Shown here: positions 26,114-36,205 of the stretch, one piece after another | Numbering within the stretch: the stretch's first letter is position 1 | How the letters are laid out: each line of letters begins with the position of its first letter | From: Eukaryota sp. GEM-RC1 | Lineage: Eukaryota | NCBI GenBank assembly: GCA_040285855.1 | Contig: JAUFOQ010000013.1 | Location: forward strand, 1,550,001 to 1,614,000 | Direction: 5' to 3' | Length of the DNA stretch: 64,000 nt | The notes under the pieces: model-generated | Told to the model about the DNA's origin: nothing | Seen by the model: only the letters and a program-made list of their open reading frames with translations | The model's database searches: none | Position numbers and translations under genes: made by a program

Positions 26114-26498
26114 CTAAGTTCGGTTCAACACGGTGTTGGAAAATATTCAACACGTGTTGGATAAATTCTGAGCAGAAAAGAATAACTCACCTTAAGATCA
26201 ACAAACTGAAAAAAATACATCTGTTTTTCACTCATGTTACAGCAACCAAGTTGATAAATTGGCACTAATTTTCAATGATTCCAGAACTGATAACATGAAG
26301 AGCTCGACAATAATCCAGACATTTAAAGTAAACTTTGGAGTAAACTTGAATTTTTTACCTTTGTTAAATATAGTTTTATCTAGAACAGTAGAAATTTACC
26401 CAAATTCATTGAAGTGACATAGAAGAATGACATATCCAACACGTGTTGGACTTCTCGACAACACCATTCAACACGTGTTGAGGTGAGTCCGAACATAG
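26114..26498. mobile_element. 385-bp MITE with 8-bp TSD
   Basis: Ends CTAAGTTCGG / CCGAACATAG, TSD ATGGAAAT (26106-26113, 26499-26506) and repeated palindrome CAACACGTGTTG. Confidence 0.8.
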
Positions 26499-26849
26499 AT
26501 GGAAATACACACATCTGATCTCATGATCTCATGCGGCACTTCAGGTGAGTCATGTTAATATAAGATCAATCATTTGTTTCCAAATATGGTGCCTAACGTT
26601 GTTGTCATGAATTTTTGAGACTTAAACTATCTGGAACTAAGAAAAGTGCTTGTCCATTATCGTCGTAAGCCAGAATAATCGTTGATGTATTCACTCTGAA
26701 ACTATCAGAAAATGATACACAATAAGAACATTACAAAAGCAATGGTGATAACTGGACATGCAGATCCACATCATACCCTTTATTCAAGAAAAGTCAAGAA
26801 AAGTTCTGGGAAGTCGATGCCCAGAATTCATTTCTTCAAATTTTTCATC

Positions 26850-28938
26850 ATGGGTGTACTAGGTTTGTCGTCTTATGCTGAAAGAGAGTTAAGTTATCTC
26901 AAAACCTTTGACTTGAATGAGGTCCGGCCTGATGTCTTCAATATGGCTGTTGACGTTGCCAATATCTCTTCCAGTTTGGGAAGAGATCTCTCACATCCCC
27001 CTGGACGGATCGCGGCCCCAAGACGCATATAAGCTGTTCTACAAACTCTTCTCCCATTTCACGATAAGAAACATCTTCCTCTACATGTTTATCGAAGGGA
27101 AAGAACAACACGAATACATTGCCAAGTTTGAAACAAGTCATGATAGCTGGGAACGAACAGAGAAATGCCGAGGAAGGGTTTCGAATCTCATGTATGATGC
27201 TGGTGAGGCTGATATCGAAACTGCAACCACCACTTCTGTTACTTCCGCAATGCTCCGAGCTGCTTCTGATGTTGGATTTCAACTCGTTGTTGTTAACGGT
27301 GAAGGTGATTCCTATATGGCCGCATCAGTTAAAGAAGGTTTATGTCATGCAGTCTGGAGTGGTGATAGTGACTTTCTGGTATTTCCCAAATGCAAATGTT
27401 TGTTCCAGACTAGGGAGTCTCATTCGTTGAAAACCATGATACAGAGATTGGAAGAAGGCGATCCACTGAAAATGCTCTTGATTCCATCACACGAAGTACT
27501 GACGCCTCTTGGTTTGAGAAAAGAGCCTGATCTTATTGAGTTTGCAATGATGGTTGGATGTGACTTTACAAAGAACAAACTCGATCACTTTCATGACAAG
27601 ATTATTGACAAGCGTTTGGACTACAAGAAAAGAGTTGCAGAGATAGCAAGACAGTTGGACAATCACAGTCCACGAATTAAGAACATTTGGTTAACAAGCT
27701 GTAACGAAGATGAAACCTTGAAGAAAGCTGTTGATTTTTCCAGGAGTTTCTACAAGTGCGAAAATGTTGACCTGGAAGATGTTGCCCACGTACACTTTGT
27801 AGATGACAAAACAGAATCTAAACGGAAACAACTTGACTTTGAACACGAACGCCAAGTCATTTATCTAGAACCATCATTTCAAATCAACAACTATTATCTC
27901 ATTCGAATTCGTCGTCCTTTGATTGAAGGAATTACCGCTCTCTTTTGGCACCTCCGTCGGTCAACTAACTCTGACACTCCAGTTGCTCCTATCCCAATGC
28001 TTTATGTTGGGCAGATCAGCAATGCTGCGTTCTGTTATGATCATCTATCACTTGATTTCAATTGTATGGACCACCTCCCTCCAGATTTCCCTTGTTTGTC
28101 TCTCATTCATCTAGAACCTGGTCATAAGTTGGACGTTGCTTTTGAGTTGGTGCATTTTTGGGCTACCAAAAACGAATTGCCTGATGTATCTCATGTCAGC
28201 TCTCTGATTCCCTACCTTGTGGAATTACATGACATTGTCCCAAAACTTTCACACGTCTGCCTTTCTTTATACTATTTATCATTGCTAGAGTTGCCATTTC
28301 TTACTCCCGTTCATTTTGCTGTGTTTTCTTTTGTTTATCTCACAGAACTTCTTGATCCACAAACTTGTAACTCTGATGGAGAACATTCTGATTACCCTGG
28401 TTTCATTAGTAAACTTGTTTTTAGTGATGTAATGCGCCAGATCCATAAGTTATTCATTCGGCTTAAAATCTCTGATCTTCATGGAAATTCTAAGAACTCT
28501 TTCCTGTACTGTTACCTGGCCAATGCTGAGAGAATGAATGTTCCGAATGATTGTGATGATGTTATTGGAAACGTGTTCAATCGATGCTCAGATCTGTTGG
28601 ATTCAAATGTCGACCCAATTGTTGAATTATTAATACGTTTCATTGGTCAATTTTATGAAAAGAATCCAGAAGGAAATGAGACTGTTGGCGCTCCTTTAGA
28701 TATTGAATATTTCTCTGATATTATTTCAAACCAGGAAGTTTTAAGAGATCTCGTGAGAAGATCAACGTACACGTTTGAGTATGAGGCAGTATTAGTGGAA
28801 CAGTCATTGTTTGATAGTTTTCAAACCTATGAGGATTCCACTGTCACCAGTGTTGAAGTGAGAGTTCCTCAAGCTGAAACGAGTAAAGCAACTGCCACGT
28901 CACAGAATCTTTGGTCTTTATTGGGCTCCAGTTGTTAA
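26850..28938 (+). CDS. XPG/FEN-superfamily PIN-domain protein (Asteroid-like), indel at C5 ~27000
   Basis: MGVLGLSSY, AVDV, FIEG, GEGDSYMA, SGDSDFLVF and VGCDF motifs. Confidence 0.8.
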
Positions 28939-30097
28939 ATGACGCTTCTGTTTTAATTTGTATATATAAAGTAATTTTTCCTAAGTTTTTTGTGTTTATT
29001 AACAACATACATGTAGTTATTTTTGTATGTCAGCATCCTGGGTTAATGAGATATTGTAAAATCACAAGCCAAGTCAATTTCATTGCCGGACATTGTTGTT
29101 CAGAGTATGTATGAGAAGAAGGAGAGTTCTGAAACGTCTTCGTTCTCTTCCTTCCATGAATCCGAAGATTCAATAATGCTACGGATTCACTGAAGCCAAA
29201 GCTATGACTATGGCAAATAATCGTAATCACTTCCACCTCTATAGCACCCGGAGCAGGGCCCACTGAAAAATATTTAAATAAAATATGGCAAACTTTCTAT
29301 TAAATAAATAAACATGAGTCATTGCAGAGAAAATAAATAATTGCAATTATTTAAATTATTTATTCAAAGTCAACAAGGATGCTACAACACTTCACAAACG
29401 TGATCTAACACGAACACTGCTACCTCTCCAGGTTGTGTGTGCTTATAACTTCCCAGATAGGTTTCAGTGTTAATAAATAATGATTTTAATGTAGACACAG
29501 TGTTCTATTCAACGAGAATGTGGTCAAACCAAAGCGATGTTTTCCAACAGTTACCGAACAACAGCAAACACATTTTCACACATTTGGAATGTTTTAGGGT
29601 GGAAGAATACAATCAATACCACTGGATTAGCGGTTTTGTGTTACGAAGAGTAGAACTGTTAAAACCAGTTTGGTCTGACTCTATTGCGATAGGGGAATCA
29701 ACTTTGTCACGCAAAAGAAAGGAAAAACGCCTTGTATTATTTACACTTACAAATACAGAATACCATCAGTATTTATAAAGGAGCTACCAAGACGAATAAA
29801 TCATCTCATATTATTCATGCTCAATTCAAAGAGACAGTTTAAAATCGAATCAAACATAGTGTAGAAAGTGTACGCTTCTCTACTGCAATGAGTTATTGTA
29901 TCTAGTCTCAGTACATGATAAAGACTGTACTGAGTTGCAAATGTGACGGACTGCAACATGTTGCAGTTTTCACCTTCATAAGTTGTCCGGTGAGAGAACA
30001 AATGTATATAAATCATTTTTAATTTTCTGTTTTCATAAAGTAAATAATGGAGAAACCCAACCTGAAAAAAATAAATTAAATATAATTATTTATATAA

Positions 30098-31792
30098 GAG
30101 TTTATTTGCAACAATAAATCAACAAATACTAATTCAGAAAATGAAAGAAGTTAAATTCTCCACATCAACACGAGAATTGTCCCTATACAACTTCGAATAA
30201 ATGGAACACAAATATTTGGGAATGCTTCTATAAAGAGCGAACATAATTCGATTAATCCATACAGCGCTATTAAACACCTTGCCATTAGAACGACATAAAA
30301 GACTAAAATCGCTGAAAAACTTTAAACCGGCTGGCGGAGAAGTGCCTGCTGCAGGTCAAGGACTGGGGAGGATTCGTCGGTGCCATGCGCAACGTCCTGA
30401 ACGCCAACCTCCGTGCTCGCATTGCGCTGTTCAGCGACATGCGCTCGTTGCGCGCCGATCGCTACCCGGAGCACTTCCCGGTCGGGGCAGAGGTTCTGTA
30501 CACCGTTCACGAAGCGATTCACCTAACCAATATTACCAAAAATTGAAATTGCAAATGGAACAAATGAATACTTAAAATATAGATTTTCATTAAGCTTCTG
30601 CAAAGCATCCGCATAATTTGAACACTTTCGCTGTTCAGCCTTTTCCAGATGACCATTCGAATCATTCAATATGGAGTCTTGATAGGCTTTTCCAAACGGG
30701 TCAACTGTAGTAAAATCTACCACAACTTGAGATGAATCCAGAAAAGGAGCAATTAAGTCACCACGCCGAAAATCAAACACGTTATTGTCACTATAGTGTT
30801 TCAGAAGAGGTTCAATTTTACAACTATAATTGTAGGATTTGAACATTTCAAAAGTAACGTCACGAACAGCGTTATGTAGAACAGATCGAAATTGCAAAAA
30901 TTTCTTGCAACTAACAACATGACGAAATGTGGCTGTAGATCGGTTATCGCAAACACAGATTGAATTATTTAGCAAACCACTAGGGAATAAACCTAATCGA
31001 AGACGCATATTTTGCTTCCAAGCATCATTGTTCAAATGTAAACCAAAAGGTCTAGGTTGTTGAGTGATGAAGCTAGAACATTGTTGAATGTCACATAAAA
31101 AGCTGCAAAGACGGGATTATGAATCTTAGTCACACTAAGTCTTTTACTAAAATCCAAGTCTTCCAACCCAAGTAATGTTGCATTCTGTAACTTAACTACA
31201 GCGATAGGTAGAAATTCAATTGACCGATCAGGAATAGATGAAACACTTTTTGGGAAACTTTTGTTCCAAACTTCAATAGGCAAACCTTGAACTAACTCCT
31301 CCAAAGAGTTCAATAAAGCATAAGAGCCGTCTAAAACTGAATCGAAAATATTTTCGAACCGAAGCTTGCTCTCAAAAAGAAAGTTCTTCATACCACCAAC
31401 GAAAGCACTTTTACATAAATACTCGGCTCTTGAAAACCAACACCACCAAATTTTGGACTGACAAAGGCATGATAAGGAATTTTGGAACTATTGATTTCAA
31501 CCAAATTCCCTTAAAATTGAGTTCTCAAAGAGTTGAACTCACGAGCAAAACCAAGAGATAGCTCAGGTGGTAAAGATCTAAGAAGATGATTGATTTTTGA
31601 TCCAAAACAGACCGAAAGTACATGTACTGAAAAAGCCAAGTGGTTATCGATCTTGAGAATTTGTAAAGTCTGCCATTGAACTTTGATTTTCTGAAGATAA
31701 TTCTTGAGCACACTCTCAATCTGCAAAGGATTGCCAAAATAGGAACCCAAAAAACGGACTGCTTCAGTGTTGTAGTCCACAAACTGGATCAT
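30098..31792 (-). mobile_element. 5'-truncated, degenerate RLE-type (CRE-like) non-LTR retrotransposon (family A)
   Basis: RT C-terminus/thumb (RFLGSYFG, KINHLLRSLPP, SPKFGG), CxC..HVVSC zinc motif, RSVLHNAVRD, RRGDL, VDFT, AEQRK and FVPFAISIFGNIG. Near-identical to 45070-45838. Confidence 0.88.
30335..30525 (+). other. 191-bp GC-rich insertion with foreign coding character
   Basis: 119/191 G+C, absent from the sister copy at ~45300, and open in a GC3-rich frame. Confidence 0.85.
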
Positions 31793-31961
31793 TATTTATT
31801 GTAAATATTTAAATAAAAATTTTTTTCCGTGGGCCCTTGTCCGGAGTCTAATCAACGTTTTTTAATTGAAGTAACTTGAGAGATTTACCAATGTATAATA
31901 TCAATATTTTGGGTAATTAAGTTCCATTTATGCGAAGTTGTATAAGAATAATTCTTGTGTT

Positions 31962-32030
31962 TATGTGGAGAATTTAACTTCTTTCCTTTTCTGAATTAGT
32001 ATGGATTAATTTGTTTTTGCAAATAAACTT
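31962..32030 (+). mobile_element. Short 3'-tail copy of non-LTR family A
   Basis: Reverse-complement match to ~30098-30165 (ATGTGGAGAATTTAACTTCTTTC..TTTTCTGAATTAGTA..GCAAATAAACT). Confidence 0.75.
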
Positions 32031-32143
32031 TGTGTCATATTTTGATCAAACCATGTATTTGTGTGATTTGTTTTCTAGTCCATACGGTCATGACAATCAC
32101 CTTAGGATTTACTAGGGAAAAGTATTATATTTGTGGTTGTAAA

Positions 32144-32736
32144 CAATGTGCGCAAATCTTTGGTACGTACCGTACGTACCGTACGTACGGTACGGATCGG
32201 TACCGATGTCATTTCAATCTTTATAGAGTATATTTATGAATAATCTAAATTGATTTACAATTAATATTTTTTGAGTGGAGGTTCATTCACTAGTCAAACG
32301 CAGTACTAGTGCAAATTGCTACCGCATCTTCTCACCGTTTAGAAATCCAATCTGTGGGTTTTTGGGCCACTTATCATTGTTATATTACGTAGTAGTCAAT
32401 CGTTAAATGCATGGTGAGTCGAAGACGCTACTAATATTGTTGATTTCGAGCGATCACTGAGCTTCGTACGAAGAAACGTCATTTTGGGGAAGTTGTGGTC
32501 ATCAAATGACTTACCCTAAATGTGAACAAGTGTGACAATCATGATATTGATATCATGAGCAATGTTTAACGGTACATTTTATGACGATGGTAACTGTTAA
32601 AATCTCACATTGGATCATCATGTTCAATGGGGTAATGGTTTATTTTAGTCGGTCAAAAGTACAGTACCGGTACTTGTACCGTACGTGCGTACGGTACGCC
32701 TAAAATCGTCGCGGTACGGAACATTTGCGTTCCATG
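32144..32736. mobile_element. 593-bp hAT-like MITE (GTACCGTAC repeats), sister of 58120-58679
   Basis: Imperfect 14-bp TIRs CAATGTGCGCAAAT / CATGGAACGCAAAT and TSD GTTGTAAA / GTTGCAAA. Confidence 0.85.
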
Positions 32737-32921
32737 GTTGCAAATAGTCATTATTTACATTTTTGTAAATTCTATTTTGTACATTATACTACAGTAGAAC
32801 CCAAGTATTATACCTCTTTCACAATATAATACAACAAAATGAAGTTCAACTAAATTAAAATTTTTTTCAAAAATGGATTTTTAAGATTGATCGAATACAC
32901 TATAATACGATACATACGTCA

Positions 32922-35900
32922 TCAGACCATCAGATCAGTCCCCTTAAGTGACCGGTTGGATTTGCTTTTTTGATGCCAGTACTTTGCTTTCGATATATCC
33001 TTTTCAACTCCTTCTCCTTTAGAATAACTAGATGCGAGAGCATACATTGCATCAGATTGACCCATATCAGCAGCCTTCTGGTACCAATAAAAAGCCTTTG
33101 ATTGGTCTTCTTGGATTCCTTCTCCTGTAGAGTAACGATGGCCTAGATTAAACATGGCATCAGACCTACCGAGTTCTGCAGCCTTCTGGTACCAATGCAC
33201 AGCTTTTGATTGATCTATTTCAACTCCTTCTCCTTTAGCGTAACAAACACCAAGAGCATACATAGCTTTAGAATGTCCCAGATCGGCCGCCTTTTCAAAC
33301 CAATATGCAGCTTTAACACGGTCCAGTTCCAAGCCTTCAGCAAAATAGTAAGACCGACCAAGATACCACATAGCTTCAGAGTCACCTAAGTGTGCAGCCT
33401 TTTGAAACCAACGTACACCATTGAACTTGTCTTCAGGAACTCCGATTCCATGATAGAAAATGACACCAATATAAATCATAGCCTCTGGGTTTTCCAAGTC
33501 AGCGGCCTTGTACAACCAACTGACACCTGTTGAACGATCATAATCAACCCTTCTGCTACAAGGTAACAGTAACCTAGCTTAGTCATTGCATCAGAGTGGC
33601 CCCAAGTAAGCAGCTTTTTTATACCAACGCACAGCCTTGTTGTTGTTTTCTTTTATTCCTTCTCCATCAAAGTAACAATTACCAAGACTGTACATTGCAT
33701 TGGAATTACCTAGATCCGCAGCTTTTTGGAACCAAAACACAGCTTTCTCTTTGTCTTGTTTAATTCCGGTTCCATTATAATAACAATTGGCAATAAAACA
33801 CAGGGTATCAGACTTTCTCAAATCGACACCCTTCACAAATTTTAAATTATAATTTGGAGATTCCTGAGTTGAATCGTTTAAAGTCGATACTACAGACCTT
33901 ATACTTTCTATAAACAATTGTTCTTTAGATTGCGGAGTCAAAAGACCAAGTAAATGATCTCTCATTTCGTAGAGAGAATCAACAGTAAAATTACTCAAAT
34001 GATGACGTAAAGTTTCTGACAGTGTATATACAAAGAGATCAATCGAGTCATAGAAATACAAAATGTCGGTTGCAGATGTCTTAACAATTTGTGTCACGTC
34101 ATCATAACTTCCAACTTCAACTCGTACACTTACACTCTCTTCATTAACTACCTTCTTGGACTTTAGAGTTCTCCTCATTATTGTAACCATTCCCTTATCC
34201 TCTGGATATCCTGGAGGTAACAAAGTGACTAGGTTAGACTTTGAAGAAGGTCGTCCAAGGGGAAGACATTCATGTCTTCGGACAATGCACCAATCATAGC
34301 GAACTTTGGTTATAGGACTCACATGAGAAAAGTAAAAGGAAGCAGAAAAGAACGTATCATTAAGTGGAGTAACAATCAAGTTAGCAAGTAAAGACGGTTT
34401 TGAGAGGTAAAGGGTGGAAGAGAAAGTGGACAAGGTACCATTGACGTGGAAGGCTTGAAGATCGAAGGTAACATTTCCATTGAAGAGAAGTATATGTGGA
34501 TCGAGAACAAGGATAGCATTTTTGATTGAAGTGAGATGATATTCTTCCAATAAGTCTGGCTGATCACATGACCAGAGTAAGTCAACAAATTCAAGGCCAT
34601 CGGGGGCTTGTAGAACTAGATTTGCATTCAAAGTGGTGGGATATGATACAACAATTTGGGAGGAGGGTGTAGGTTCATTGTACCGAACATGCACAGCAAG
34701 ATAGATTCCAGCAAGAGAAACAATTAAAGTTAGGACAACAAAGAGCCACAGACTCGATTTATCTTTGGAGGAACATTGGGGTTGATGAGATACAAAGACG
34801 TTGGAATTGTTTGTGTAAAGCTTAAGGAACAGTCTAGAAGAAGCAGAGATCTTCACCTCTTCGAGATCGTCTTCGGAAGATATACAAAAGTCTGAAACAG
34901 ACTCATCTTCACTGACATCAGAAAGATGGGGTTTCCATGGCGTGTCTGATTCACTGTCACTTAAGGACACTCCATAGAGCAGGGCTGTCTAAAAATTGAA
35001 CCGTAAATTAATTTTGCGATGAGACTAAACCATAAATTAATTTCCGTAACAATTCAAAACCGTAAATTAATTTCCGTAATAAGATTTAGCCATAAATTAA
35101 TTTCCGTAACAATTCAAAACCGTAAATTAATTTCCGTAATAAGATTTAGCCATAAATTAATTTCCGTAACAATTCAAAACCGTAAATTAATTTCCGTTAT
35201 AAGATTTAGCCATAAATTAATTTCCGTAACAATTCAAAACCGTAAATTAATTTCCGTAATTTATCAGAAAGCCATAAATGACGTCCTGGAGGCGCATGAA
35301 TACTGTAATTTCAATAACCAAATTTTCAATACATCTTACTATCAAACAATAATTATCTAGTCTACAGAGCTGGACAAAATTGGAACTTGTGATTTGTGTT
35401 TCCATACTTTCCTTAATACGTATGCTCAAACACTGTAACGTGTCCTTTCATCTTGCAGCTATCCGATGGTAATCACTTGAAACTTGATCTTTCTGCTTAG
35501 CACAACGGGTTTCATGTTAGAAACTTCAAACACAATGTCAAACGCATGTTTCACTCTCTCCTGAATCTACGACTAATCGACTTCCCACTGATCTGATAGA
35601 TTGACAGACTTTCAGCTTTTACGGCATTGCTTGTATTGTAAAACACATCCATTTCTGCTTCAATTAAATATTTGAGATTGATTTTGATGTGTATTGATTT
35701 TATTGGTAATACGTTCCGTAAATTAATTTCCGTAATGTTCAAGTTCCGTAAATTAATTTCCGTAATACTCTGAAACCGTAAATTAATTTCCGTAATGTTC
35801 AAGTTCCGTAAATTAATTTCCGTAATAATCTGAAACCGTAAATTAATTTCCGTAATGTTCAAGTTCCGTAAATTAATTTCCGTAATAATTTAAAACCGTA

Positions 35901-36034
35901 AATTAATTTCCGTAATGATCAAGTTCCGTAAATTAATTTCCATAAGTCTCAATTTACGGTATTTTATGGAACCAAAATTAAAAATTAATTTACGGGGAAA
36001 TTAATTTTTAGACAGCCCTGCCATAGAGTGACAT
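32922..36034 (-). CDS. Single-pass membrane protein with C-terminal Sel1-like repeats; ATG separated from the body by a transposon
   Basis: Without the insertion it reads ATG TCA CTC TAT GGA GTG TCC TTA (MSLYGVSLSDSESD). TM segment LWLFVVLTLIVSLAGIYL and about 8 AMYxLGxCY..GxGV..D..KA..WYQKAA repeats. Compensating G indels at ~33600 and ~33549. Confidence 0.85.
35001..35259 (+). repeat. Tandem array of 9 x ~30 bp with 60-bp higher-order period
   Basis: Core CC(G/A)TAAATTAATTTCCGTAA with alternating 10-nt linkers CAATTCAAAA / TAAGATTTAG. Confidence 0.95.
35716..35995 (+). repeat. Tandem array of 8 x 30 bp plus inverted partial units
   Basis: Same core CCGTAAATTAATTTCCGTAA with linkers TGTTCAAGTT / TA(C/A)TCTGAAA. 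Confidence 0.95.
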
Positions 36035-36205
36035 TCTTTCGTGTAATTATTGATTCAAAATTTCTTGAAATTTCTTTCTTGTTAGATTTTGTACTACCAC
36101 TGTACAACTTGTATCGGTGATCTCTATTTTCAGTGAACTAAACGAAATTTCATGGGTGTTGCAAACAATTTTAAAAGTTATGTTACTATACAAATGAATA
36201 AAAAC

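Larger units (their letters stand above)
34980..36020. mobile_element. 1041-bp non-autonomous hAT-like transposon with subterminal 30-bp tandem arrays
   Basis: Perfect 18-bp TIR CAGGGCTGTCTAAAAATT and perfect 8-bp TSD CCATAGAG (34972-34979, 36021-36028). Confidence 0.95.

Noticed and set aside
30279..30575. 98-aa ORF spanning the GC-rich insert
   Set aside because: It is a chimera of antisense retroelement and an off-frame reading of the insert.
35019..35862. Repetitive ORFs (HKLISVTIQNR, NITEINLR)
   Set aside because: They are translations of the non-coding 30-bp arrays.
35001..35995. CRISPR-like repeat-spacer appearance
   Set aside because: Linkers are only 10 nt and recur alternately, there are no cas genes, the context is eukaryotic, and the arrays lie inside a TIR/TSD element.
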